The translations under genes and the position numbers were made by a program. Below, in pieces: positions 8,880-18,468 of a stretch of DNA of 64,000 nucleotides. Positions within the stretch are counted from its first letter, which is position 1; each line of letters begins with the position of its first letter. The notes under the pieces are model-generated. The model was not told the origin of the DNA, did not search any database, and was given only the letters and a program-made list of their open reading frames with translations. Source of the stretch: Candidatus Omnitrophota bacterium (lineage in GTDB: Bacteria; Omnitrophota; Gorgyraeia; Pluralincolimonadales; Pluralincolimonadaceae); assembly GCA_028716565.1 (NCBI GenBank), contig JAQUPL010000002.1, positions 96,670-160,669 on the forward strand, in the 5' to 3' direction.

Positions 8880-10511
8880 ATGACCATGACAACGCATGAG
8901 GACCAAGGTTCGCTACGCGATTATCTACAGATAATCTTCCACCGCAGATGGTTTTTCATGATGCCCTTCGTCATCGTCTTCTTCACTGCCAGCATAGGCA
9001 GTTTTTTTCTGCCCAAATATTACCAATCGGCAGTTCTCGTGCTTGTCGAAGAAGAAAAACCGATTAATCCGCTCGCCACCAAGGAACCGACATATGTCTC
9101 AGTGACCGGACAACCTCCTACCCTTTCCGAACAACTTAAGACTTTAACGGAAAAACTCCTCAGCTATCCCCATCTTTTAGTATTAGTAAAAACACTCGGC
9201 CTTGATAAGGGCATTGCCGATCAAGCCTCCTATGAAAAACTTCTGATGGGGATCCGGAAACGGGCAGAAGTAAAAATGAGGTCTCCCGACGTTTTCCAGA
9301 TCTCATACGAAGACAAGAACCCCGTCGTCTCGAGGGACTCCGTAAGGACGCTGGTAAAGATCTTTATAGACGAGAATAAATCAAAAAAGACCGAGCAAGC
9401 CAAGGACGCCGTTAAATTCGCCGAACAGCATGCCCAGCTTTATAAGAAAAAACTCGAAGACTCGGAAAAAGCCCTTTTCGAGTTCCGGGCCCAGTATCCT
9501 ATGCAGCTGCCAGGGAAGGAGCTCGATTATAACGTCTCCATGCTCACCAATTACCAGACATCGCTTACGGCCATCCAGATGAGCATAAAAGAAGCCCAGA
9601 ATAAAATAGACCTGGTAAAGAGGCAATTGGCGGGCAGGGAGCCGGTCATAATAACGGCTGAGTCGATCGACCTCAATCCGGCGGTCAGCCGCCTTAATTC
9701 CAAGTTACAATCGTTGCAATCCCAGCAAGAGGAGCTTATAAAGACTACTCCTGATTCGCCTGACATCTCTTCTCTGCAGGTCGAGATGGAAGAGACGCGC
9801 GATCAGCTGCGGCTTGAGACCGAGAAACTGGTCGGCGGAGAGACCGCCCAGACCGCGCCTCTTTTTTACAAGAGGCTTGAGCAAAGACTCAGAGATGCCC
9901 AAAAAGAGGCGGATGAATTAAGGGTGCGGGAGAAGAACCTGCAGGGACTGGTCAGCGAATATGAAAAGAGGATCGAGACTCTGCCGGAACAGGACAGGAA
10001 ATTAGCCCTGCTTACGAGAGATACCGAAGTAAATGACAATATATATAAAATGCTGGTGCTAAAAGTGGAAGAAAATAAGCTCGCGACATCAGAGGCCGAG
10101 GAGAAAGGGACCAAATATACGATCCTCGACGATGCCAGGCTCCCCCTTAAGCCTTCCAAGCCGCAGATCTTGTTGATCGGGATAGTCGCTTTCATATTGG
10201 GCATCCTTTCCGGGTTTGGCTGCGTATTCATGGCCGAATTCGCGGACCATTCTTTTAGGGGAGTGGAGGACGCGAGGGCATTTTTAAAATTCGAGATATT
10301 AGGAGGCGTGGCGGCCATTGTCGACCGTAACGAGGTAATGGCCCGGAATGCGAGGCAGCGCGTGGTCGGGGTAACGGTGGTAATATTGTATATCGTGTTT
10401 TTTGCAGTCGCCGCGACATATTCAAATATGAGGCAGGAAGAGGTAAAGAATAAAGTCATTGAGATAGCCAACAAAGAAAAGACTGCCGAGGCGAAACAAT
10501 ATGGCAAATAA
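8880..10511 (+). CDS. polysaccharide chain-length determinant (Wzz/GumC-like, Wzc N-terminal half)
   Basis: N-terminal TM helix (FFMMPFVIVFFTASIGSFF), a long coiled-coil periplasmic region and a C-terminal TM helix. Followed by the BY-kinase gene. Confidence 0.7.
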   Translation: MTMTTHEDQGSLRDYLQIIFHRRWFFMMPFVIVFFTASIGSFFLPKYYQSAVLVLVEEEKPINPLATKEPTYVSVTGQPPTLSEQLKTLTEKLLSYPHLLVLVKTLGLDKGIADQASYEKLLMGIRKRAEVKMRSPDVFQISYEDKNPVVSRDSVRTLVKIFIDENKSKKTEQAKDAVKFAEQHAQLYKKKLEDSEKALFEFRAQYPMQLPGKELDYNVSMLTNYQTSLTAIQMSIKEAQNKIDLVKRQLAGREPVIITAESIDLNPAVSRLNSKLQSLQSQQEELIKTTPDSPDISSLQVEMEETRDQLRLETEKLVGGETAQTAPLFYKRLEQRLRDAQKEADELRVREKNLQGLVSEYEKRIETLPEQDRKLALLTRDTEVNDNIYKMLVLKVEENKLATSEAEEKGTKYTILDDARLPLKPSKPQILLIGIVAFILGILSGFGCVFMAEFADHSFRGVEDARAFLKFEILGGVAAIVDRNEVMARNARQRVVGVTVVILYIVFFAVAATYSNMRQEEVKNKVIEIANKEKTAEAKQYGK

Positions 10512-11370
10512 CGGCAACGGGTTCAAAAAATTAAGCGATGCGCTGAAAAAGGCGGCCGAAGAGAAAGACGAAGCTTTGCAGAAGGACAAAGTGCCGGTAA
10601 TTACCCCCCCGCCGGCGGCGCCGGAAACGGAGAAACAGGAAGCTCCTCAAGAGGCGCCTGTGTATCAGGCCGCAGAAAGACCAGAAAGCCAAATACGTTC
10701 AACAGGGATAAGCAAAAAGATAGTGGCATACCACAATCCTGCCAGCCATATAACAGAGCAATTCCGCGTTTTAAGGATGCATGCCTGTTCATCGGAGAAG
10801 GCCGGCAACGTAAAACTAATGGTTGTTACCAGTTCCGCTAATGGGGAAGGGAAATCGGTGGCTGCGGCGAATCTCGCGGTGGTCATGGCCCAGGATTTTG
10901 GCAGGCCGGTCCTGCTTATCGACTGCAATATGCGTAAACCTGCCATCGATTCGTTACTGGGGATAAGAAGTGAGAGGGGCCTGTCCGACGTCCTTTCGGG
11001 AAACCTGAAATTAGAAGACGCGTTGGTAAAGACAGATATAGCTAACCTGGTGGTCCTGCCCGCCGGGCAGACGCCCGCAAATCCGAACGAACTGCTGGCG
11101 TCCGACAGGATGAAGGCCATTCTTGCGGAAGTAAGGCCGCAGTTTGAGGTAATAGTCCTGGATACACCCGCGGTCATACCGTTCGCCGACCCGAGGATAT
11201 TGAGCAAAGTAGTCGATGGCGTTATAATAGTGGTAAGGGCGGGAAAGACACGCCGGGAAGTGGTAGCCCGAGCGGAAAGCATCCTGAAGAGTGTCGGCGC
11301 GAATATAATGGGGTATGTCCTGACAGGCGTAGAATACCATATTCCTGAGTATATTCACCGGCATCTGTAG
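10501..11370 (+). CDS. CpsD/CapB-type protein-tyrosine kinase (BY-kinase ATPase, Wzc C-terminal half)
   Basis: Walker A (SSANGEGKS), Walker B (VIVLDTPAV) and the BY-kinase context (LVVLPAGQTPANPNELL). Overlaps the Wzz-like gene. Confidence 0.85.
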   Translation: MANNGNGFKKLSDALKKAAEEKDEALQKDKVPVITPPPAAPETEKQEAPQEAPVYQAAERPESQIRSTGISKKIVAYHNPASHITEQFRVLRMHACSSEKAGNVKLMVVTSSANGEGKSVAAANLAVVMAQDFGRPVLLIDCNMRKPAIDSLLGIRSERGLSDVLSGNLKLEDALVKTDIANLVVLPAGQTPANPNELLASDRMKAILAEVRPQFEVIVLDTPAVIPFADPRILSKVVDGVIIVVRAGKTRREVVARAESILKSVGANIMGYVLTGVEYHIPEYIHRHL

Positions 11371-11455
11371 TTTTTCAAGGAGGCGATTCGGTGAATCATA
11401 AACCAAGATCCGCAAAAAGGGGTTTTGGTTTTTTGGTTTAAGGAGTTGATTATTT

Positions 11456-12169
11456 ATGTATGCTGGCGATGAATTAATAAAAGAATTTGTGCCGAATAAT
11501 GAATGTAAACAAATTTCCTCGACTTTTTTTCTCGATTTATTATTAAAAGATACGAAAATAGAAAAAATATTAGACCTAGGCTGCGGCAAAGGAGATTCTG
11601 TAGATTACTTCAGGAAGAAAGACCCTGAAATACAATGGGTCGGCCTTGACATTCAATCGTCTCCGGAAGTCGGGGCCAGGAAAAGGACAGACGCCGCATT
11701 TGTCACATTTAACGGAAGAGAAATCCCTTTTGCGGACGGATATTTTGATATTATATATTGCAATCAGGTATTAGAGCATGCAGAGAAACCGGAAGAGCTT
11801 ATCAATGAGGCGACAAGAGTATTAAAGAAAGGCGGTTTCTTGGTCGGTTCGACATCCCATCTGGAGCCGTTTCATTCCTTGAGTATGTATAATTTTACCC
11901 CTTACGGTTTCAGCCTCATGGTTAAGGCTCCTCTGAAATTAAAGGAGATAAGGCCGGGCATAGATGTGTTTACCCTCATATTCTCGCGAATATTCAAACG
12001 GGTACCACTTTTGTCTCAGCTGTTATCGAGCTATTTCGAAAATGAATCACCCTTCAATTTCATGATGACCGTAGCGGGGAAAATGACCGGCAGGTCAGAT
12101 CAGTATATTAACCTTGCGAAACTGTTATTTTGCGGTCACTTCAGGTTTTTAATACAAAAAGACGGATAA
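11456..12169 (+). CDS. class I SAM-dependent methyltransferase
   Basis: SAM motif I ILDLGCGKGDS and a post-motif region DIIYCNQVLEHAEKPEEL. Confidence 0.7.
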   Translation: MYAGDELIKEFVPNNECKQISSTFFLDLLLKDTKIEKILDLGCGKGDSVDYFRKKDPEIQWVGLDIQSSPEVGARKRTDAAFVTFNGREIPFADGYFDIIYCNQVLEHAEKPEELINEATRVLKKGGFLVGSTSHLEPFHSLSMYNFTPYGFSLMVKAPLKLKEIRPGIDVFTLIFSRIFKRVPLLSQLLSSYFENESPFNFMMTVAGKMTGRSDQYINLAKLLFCGHFRFLIQKDG

Positions 12170-13450
12170 ATGCTCAGTAAGTTTAATATTGACAAAAAAC
12201 GATTGATATCAAATTTCTTCAGCCTCTCATCGGTTGAAGCGGCGAATTATCTCTTCCCGCTTATAACATTGCCGTATCTGGTAAGAGTGCTCGGTCCGGA
12301 AAAATATGGTCTTATTAACTTTGCAGCAGCATTCATCTACTATTTTGTGCTCTTGACAGACTATGGCTTTAACCTCTCAGCTACGAGAGAGATCTCGATC
12401 AATAGGGAGGACAAACGAAAAGTATTGAGTATCTTTAATTCAGTCATGTTCGTGAAGTTTGTATTGATGGTCGTAAGTCTAATTATTATGCTGGCGATGG
12501 TGTTTTCTATACCAAAGTTCAGGCAGGATTGGCTTATTTATATAGGTACTTTTGGGATGGTTCTAGGCAACGTCCTTTTTCCCATATGGCTTTTTCAGGG
12601 GATGGAGAAGATGAAACTGGTGGCGCTTCTTAACCTGCTTGCGAAATTTATATTCGTTATAGCGATATTTATATTCGTGAGGAAGCAATCAGACTATATT
12701 TACGTGCCACTTATAACATCGTTAGGGTTTATGACGGCCGGTGTTATCAGTCTCGTAATAGCGGCAAGGCGTTTCGGTATAATCTTCCGTATGCCCGCAG
12801 GAAAAGACTGCACCTCTTCTCTAAAGGAAGGCTGGCACGTATTTATCTCGACCGTTTCTGTAAGTTTATATACGAGCAGTAACGCTTTTATACTGGGGCT
12901 CTTTACCAACAACACGATAGTCGGCTATTATAGTGCCTCCGAAAGGATAATAAGAAGCGGCCAACGCCTGATAAACCCCATATCGCAGACACTATACCCG
13001 CACATAAGCAAGCTTGTTGCGGATTCAAAAGAGAAAGCCGCATATTTTATAAAGAAAGTTATAGTGGTCTTTGGAGGAATCGGATTTGCCGCATCGATTC
13101 TATTGTTTGCCCTCGCGGCACCTATAGTGAATATAATTCTCGGAAACCAGTTTGAACAGTCAATAATAGTCCTGAAGATATTGGCGTTCCTGCCTTTTAT
13201 GGATGCGTTAAGTAATATTTTTGGTATTCAAACCATGCTGACTTTTAACATGAAGGAGGCCTTGTCGAGGATATATATTTCCGGCGGAATACTAAGCATT
13301 ATTCTTGCTCTGATCCTCGTGCCATTATGGAAGCACGTCGGTACGGCAATGGCAGCATTAATAACCGAGACATATATATCATTAGCAATGTTCGCCTTCA
13401 TTCACAAGAAGGGGATTTTATACGCCAAAAGACAGGTAAGGCAACATTAG
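12170..13450 (+). CDS. oligosaccharide flippase (Wzx / polysaccharide biosynthesis protein family)
   Basis: Multi-TM protein of about 420 aa (12 predicted TM segments), sitting between a methyltransferase and glycosyltransferase genes. Confidence 0.65.
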   Translation: MLSKFNIDKKRLISNFFSLSSVEAANYLFPLITLPYLVRVLGPEKYGLINFAAAFIYYFVLLTDYGFNLSATREISINREDKRKVLSIFNSVMFVKFVLMVVSLIIMLAMVFSIPKFRQDWLIYIGTFGMVLGNVLFPIWLFQGMEKMKLVALLNLLAKFIFVIAIFIFVRKQSDYIYVPLITSLGFMTAGVISLVIAARRFGIIFRMPAGKDCTSSLKEGWHVFISTVSVSLYTSSNAFILGLFTNNTIVGYYSASERIIRSGQRLINPISQTLYPHISKLVADSKEKAAYFIKKVIVVFGGIGFAASILLFALAAPIVNIILGNQFEQSIIVLKILAFLPFMDALSNIFGIQTMLTFNMKEALSRIYISGGILSIILALILVPLWKHVGTAMAALITETYISLAMFAFIHKKGILYAKRQVRQH

Positions 13451-13489
13451 AGTCATGCATATGAAATTCCAAAAAAAATCGCTCGTATT

Positions 13490-14683
13490 ATGAACATCCT
13501 GATCTTGACGGCAGACTACTATGCACAGCTTGGCGGGAAATTTACGCATATCCTTATGTTGAAGAGCGGATTAGAAGAACTCGGGCATTCTGTAGACATA
13601 CTATTCCCTAAGAGAACCCCCCTCAATGCTTTAGTGATCAGCGGAGGCGGAAGGATACTGGATTTTTTCGGAATAGGTATTTACTACAGGCAAAATGCCA
13701 TAAAGGCAATGTTAAGATTTTCTCTCGGGAATTTTTTGTGCAGAAAACGGATAGATATTATTAACGCGGAAGACGTAATAGCGTTTTTTGCGATTAATAG
13801 ATCAAAAATTAAAGTTCCCGTGATCCTGACGATCCACGGCGAACTTGCGCAGGAGATGGAATCCGCCGGTCATATAAAATCAGCCTTCGAAAAAAAACTT
13901 TTCTTGAATATGGAGAAGAGATCGTATGAGCTCGCGGATTATACAGTTACCGTAGACACAAGGCTGAAAAACCATATTCAGGATTTAGCCCCTCTTGCTA
14001 AGTCCAAACTCCAGATAATCCAGAACTTTATTGATGTGGAATCCTTCAGGAATAGAATAGATTTGTTAAATATGGAAGAGATAAAGAAAAAAACAGGAAT
14101 TTCTTCCGACAAAAAGGTGATCCTCGTCCCAAGAAGGCTCGTACTGAAATGCGGGGTAATATATGCAATAAAAGCAGCTGAGCTCATTAGAAATAAATTC
14201 AATAGATGCGACCTGGTGTTTTTGATAGTAGGAGTTGGGCCGGAGAGGAGTAATATCCTTAACTATATTAATGATAATAAGTTACAAGAGCTGGTATCCC
14301 TTATTGATGGTGCTGAATACGACAAAATGCCGGAATTCTATAAAATAGCTGAAGTAGTTTTAATCCCGTCTATTAACGTGAAAGGTTATATAGAAGCCAC
14401 ATCCCTGTCCGCTATAGAAGCTATGGCAGCGAATATTCCGGTGATCGCTTCCGATATAGGCGGCCTTGCGGAGATGATCAGTAACGGAGTTACGGGTATA
14501 CTGGTCCCTGAGAAATCAAGCGAAGATATCGCCAAAAATATCATAAAGATCCTGGATAATGAAGATTTAAGAAACGTTATTACCTCTGCAGCCTTTGATT
14601 ATGTATCAAAAAATCATTCGAACCGGGTTGCCGCGCAGAAATTCGCGCGAATATATACAAACGAGATAAAAAATAATGGATGA
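13490..14683 (+). CDS. glycosyltransferase family 4
   Basis: GT4 C-terminal motif EATSLSAIEAMAANIPVIASDIGGLAEMI...GILVP. Confidence 0.8.
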   Translation: MNILILTADYYAQLGGKFTHILMLKSGLEELGHSVDILFPKRTPLNALVISGGGRILDFFGIGIYYRQNAIKAMLRFSLGNFLCRKRIDIINAEDVIAFFAINRSKIKVPVILTIHGELAQEMESAGHIKSAFEKKLFLNMEKRSYELADYTVTVDTRLKNHIQDLAPLAKSKLQIIQNFIDVESFRNRIDLLNMEEIKKKTGISSDKKVILVPRRLVLKCGVIYAIKAAELIRNKFNRCDLVFLIVGVGPERSNILNYINDNKLQELVSLIDGAEYDKMPEFYKIAEVVLIPSINVKGYIEATSLSAIEAMAANIPVIASDIGGLAEMISNGVTGILVPEKSSEDIAKNIIKILDNEDLRNVITSAAFDYVSKNHSNRVAAQKFARIYTNEIKNNG

Positions 14684-16091
14684 GCTCAAGATCAAGAAAC
14701 CGCAAGAAATTTTGTCAGAAGAAAGGCCGCTGGTAGAGCTTCCGGCGCTATTAAAAATATTATTGGTGCTCGTATTTTTTTTATTGGGCATCAGTCTGTT
14801 AATTTTTCCAAGCTATATCGTGTTGGCGCTATTTTTTGGGGTCGTTACGGCCATAGGCATATTATTTAATCCATTCATAGGGGCAATTTTATTTGTCGCA
14901 GCCGCGTACCTACATCCAATACAGCTTATGCCTGAATTAAAATATTCTAATCTTACGACTGCATTCGGCTTTATAATATTTCTTGTATGGGCTTTTCATA
15001 TTTTGATATATAGAGATTTCAAGGTTCCAAAGAGCAGGCAAATACCATATTTTATCGGCTTCGCGATTATTGCGACTGTCTCCTCCGCATTGCGCTGGGA
15101 AGAGAGTTCATTCTATTACGTAGACTTGCTCAAGGTATTTATATTGTATTTCTTGATCTCGAATTTAACAAAAACAAAAAAGCAAATTTCTATCATAGTA
15201 ATTGTTATGCTGATATTGGGATTTCTGGGAAGCATTTTAGCAGTATATCAGTATACCCATGGGTTAGGGTTGAAGATGTCGGGCGGCATCCTTAGGGTCA
15301 CGGGCTTCTCGGATAATCCCAATGATTTCGGCCTAAGCTTGTTATTGCTTATTTCGTTTAGCGTAGGGCTAGTCATGAAAAGCGGAAAATCGGCGCTTAA
15401 AATTACAGGGGCGTTATTAGTATGCGCGTATTTGTTAGGCATATTGATAAGTTTTTCGAGGGCGGTTTATCTCGGGCTGCCCGTGGTCTTGATCGTAAGT
15501 GTATGGAAATTCATAAACAAGGGAAAAAGATTTCTTACCGTCATAATCACCCTTATGTTATTTACCGTGGTGTTATTATTTTTGCCGCAGCAGTTCTGGA
15601 ATAGGATCAATAGCATAGTTATGACGGGGGCAGATCCGAGCATCTGGTCAAGGTTGGACGGGGATATCGTTGGATTAAAAATGATGGCGGCAAATCCCGT
15701 AATCGGAGTAGGTATAGGGCGTTGGAAACAGGAATATTGGCCCATCGCATACGCATCGCCGTTAATAAGGACAAAGTCATCTACCGTTCCGCACAATCTT
15801 TTTATAGAAGCCGGCGCTGAAACTGGCATCACAGGCTTGATTTTGTTTAGTTTGCTGATATTCCTCGCCCTCAGAGAATCGCAGCAATCAATCCGCATAT
15901 TTGAAAAGTCAAAGAATACTCTCTTGAGCGTATATTCCCAGTCGGCAAGTATAAGCTTGGTCGGTTTTCTCATATCCTCGATGTTTATTTCAGCGCTTCA
16001 TGTCAAATTTGTATGGATTATATTAGGATTTATTATAGCCCTTAGGAATATCGCATCAAAAATAGAATCTGAGGATCAAGGGATAAAATGA
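14676..16091 (+). CDS. O-antigen ligase/polymerase-like membrane protein (Wzy_C family)
   Basis: About 10 TM helices with a large periplasmic loop, typical of Wzy/WaaL-type proteins, and a glycan-cassette context. Confidence 0.6.
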   Translation: MDELKIKKPQEILSEERPLVELPALLKILLVLVFFLLGISLLIFPSYIVLALFFGVVTAIGILFNPFIGAILFVAAAYLHPIQLMPELKYSNLTTAFGFIIFLVWAFHILIYRDFKVPKSRQIPYFIGFAIIATVSSALRWEESSFYYVDLLKVFILYFLISNLTKTKKQISIIVIVMLILGFLGSILAVYQYTHGLGLKMSGGILRVTGFSDNPNDFGLSLLLLISFSVGLVMKSGKSALKITGALLVCAYLLGILISFSRAVYLGLPVVLIVSVWKFINKGKRFLTVIITLMLFTVVLLFLPQQFWNRINSIVMTGADPSIWSRLDGDIVGLKMMAANPVIGVGIGRWKQEYWPIAYASPLIRTKSSTVPHNLFIEAGAETGITGLILFSLLIFLALRESQQSIRIFEKSKNTLLSVYSQSASISLVGFLISSMFISALHVKFVWIILGFIIALRNIASKIESEDQGIK

Positions 16092-17233
16092 TAAAAGTGC
16101 TGCATTTGATGACAGCCTCGGAAAAAAACAGGGGGGTCGGAGGAGCGGAAACGCTGCTTTTATCGATAACGGAAAAGATGAGCAAAGAAGATATCGGATT
16201 TATTATCGCGTATACATCAGGAGGGATGCTAACCGATGATTTCAAAAAGGCGGGAGCTGAAGTCGTCCAGTTTGATACGGCAAGCCAGATAGATCTGCCC
16301 GCCGTCTTTAAGTTGGTGAAATTGATAAAAAGCAGAAATATCGATATCGTCCATTCTCACCAGCTTAGGTATGATTTCCTTGGGTCTATTGCAGCCAGGA
16401 TAAGCAAGACCCCTTTTATTTTTACTAGGCATCAATCTCTAAGTGATTATCCGATTAAAAGATTCAAGAAGGCGATTTTCTTAAATGTGGATAGGTTAAT
16501 TACAGTAAGGTCGGCGGATAAAATAGCAGCCGTTTCTAAATTTATTGCCGCTGACCTAATACGAAATGAATGGGTGCCGGCAGAAAGGATAGAGGTTATA
16601 TACTCCGGATTAGATCTGAAAAAATACAACAAGGAGGTAAGGGTAGGGAATATAAGAAAAGAATTTTCAATAGATCCCAGGGCCCCCCTTATCGGAACGG
16701 TAGGCAGGATAAACATCGAAAAGGCCCACGACCTGTTCCTGAAGGCGGCGGCCGAAGTAATAAAGGCGGCCCCTGATGCGAGATTCATAATAGCGGGAGA
16801 CGGCCCATTAAGGGAAAACCAGGAAAAGCTCTCGGAGGAATTAGGCCTGAAGTCAAAAGTGATATTTACGGGATACAGAAGAGATATTCCAGAGATAATT
16901 GCCGATCTCAACATATTCGCCCTCTCATCTCTTACCGAATCCCTGGGAATCGTAAATTTAGAAGCTATGGCCATGGGAAAACCCGTGGTCTCCTTTGATG
17001 TGGGAGGGGTCTCAGAGTTAGTGGCCGATAAGGAAACGGGCTTGTTGGTCCCTCCCAGGGATGCCGTCGCCTTCGCCGGCGCCATAATAGGCCTAATACA
17101 GGACAAGGGAAAAGCGAAAAATATGGGTTTGGCGGGAAGAAGGCGAGTAGAAGAAAACTTCACGCTGGATGCGACGGTAAAAAAATACCATGAATTATAC
17201 AATTCGATTGCAGAGGGCGGACAAAAGCAATAA
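16088..17233 (+). CDS. glycosyltransferase family 4
   Basis: ESLGIVNLEAMAMGKPVVSFDVGGVSELVADKETGLLVPP. Confidence 0.8.
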   Translation: MIKVLHLMTASEKNRGVGGAETLLLSITEKMSKEDIGFIIAYTSGGMLTDDFKKAGAEVVQFDTASQIDLPAVFKLVKLIKSRNIDIVHSHQLRYDFLGSIAARISKTPFIFTRHQSLSDYPIKRFKKAIFLNVDRLITVRSADKIAAVSKFIAADLIRNEWVPAERIEVIYSGLDLKKYNKEVRVGNIRKEFSIDPRAPLIGTVGRINIEKAHDLFLKAAAEVIKAAPDARFIIAGDGPLRENQEKLSEELGLKSKVIFTGYRRDIPEIIADLNIFALSSLTESLGIVNLEAMAMGKPVVSFDVGGVSELVADKETGLLVPPRDAVAFAGAIIGLIQDKGKAKNMGLAGRRRVEENFTLDATVKKYHELYNSIAEGGQKQ

Positions 17234-17234
17234 T

Positions 17235-18455
17235 ATGCCGAAAAAATTGAATATTCTAATGGCGACAGAGGCTTTTTATCCGGATGGGATCGGCGGGGCG
17301 CATACTTACGTCTATAATTTATCTAAATATTTGATACGGCAAGGTCACCGCGTTTATGTCATAACCATAAAGAACGGTGAAAGCGCATTAGCAGATGAGG
17401 ACATCGAGGGAATCAAAGTTTTAAGATATAAGACTCCGATTAGCGGGCTCTTCCTGTTCGTTAGGCGTCCGATATGTAGCATTATAAATTCCCGACGACT
17501 GTTTTGTTCTATAGCAAAAGAAGTAAAATTTGACGTCATTAATTTTCATTTAGCATTACCAGCTTTTGGTTTAAGCACTTGCTCATTTAGCAAGGGGATT
17601 CCGAAGATTTACACTTTTCATTCATCAATGGCCGGAGATGTAGCGGTCCAGGTAAAAAAGAAGAAATATTTTCCGTCATTCCTGAACAGCCTTGTTTTCG
17701 CGGTGATCAGATCTATTGAAAAGGCGGACTTAAAATGGTGCGATAAAGTAATAGTTTTAAGCGGTTTCAGCAAGCGGTGCCTGACGGAGATCTATAAACA
17801 GGATCCCGGCAAGATAACGATTATCCCAGGAGGGGTAGATGTAAACAAGTTCATTCCCGTTATCGACAAAATGCTGCTGAGAAAAGAGCTCTCCATTCCC
17901 GCGGACAAGACGGTCCTTTTGACTGCAAGGCGCTTGGTTGCCCGGATGGGGCTCGAGAACCTGATCTATGCCATGAGGCATGTGATTGAAAAAGAAAAGA
18001 ATGTGATCTTACTGATTTTAGGCGAAGGGTTTTTAAGGGAAAAGCTGGAACTGATCATAACGCAGAATGGCCTGAAAGATTACGTTATTCTTTTGGGACC
18101 GGTCGATACCGGTAAAATGAGCTCTTACTATCAGGCTTGTGATGCTTTTGTTTTGCCCACCGAGCAGGATGAATGGTTCGGGCTGGTTACTATAGAAGCG
18201 CTATCCTGCGGTATTCCGGTTCTCGGAACACCCGTGGGCGGGACTTCGGAAATATTGGGAAGCATCGATAAGGCGTTGTTATTTTCCGGGACAGGTGCTC
18301 GGGATATGGCCAAGGGTATATTGGATTTCCTCGGGAATAAGGATCGCTTTACTGGGAAGAGCCGCGAGTTCAGAAAATTCGCGGAAGATAATTACTCATG
18401 GGAGATTGTATCCCGGAAAACCGAGGATATTTATTTAAGCATCCTCGGAAAATAA
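17235..18455 (+). CDS. glycosyltransferase family 4
   Basis: EQDEWFGLVTIEALSCGIPVLGTPVGGTSEIL. Start set at ATG 17235 (MPKKLNIL), after the stop of the upstream gene, rather than 17190. Confidence 0.75.
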   Translation: MPKKLNILMATEAFYPDGIGGAHTYVYNLSKYLIRQGHRVYVITIKNGESALADEDIEGIKVLRYKTPISGLFLFVRRPICSIINSRRLFCSIAKEVKFDVINFHLALPAFGLSTCSFSKGIPKIYTFHSSMAGDVAVQVKKKKYFPSFLNSLVFAVIRSIEKADLKWCDKVIVLSGFSKRCLTEIYKQDPGKITIIPGGVDVNKFIPVIDKMLLRKELSIPADKTVLLTARRLVARMGLENLIYAMRHVIEKEKNVILLILGEGFLREKLELIITQNGLKDYVILLGPVDTGKMSSYYQACDAFVLPTEQDEWFGLVTIEALSCGIPVLGTPVGGTSEILGSIDKALLFSGTGARDMAKGILDFLGNKDRFTGKSREFRKFAEDNYSWEIVSRKTEDIYLSILGK

Positions 18456-18468
18456 ATAGAGAGGTTAT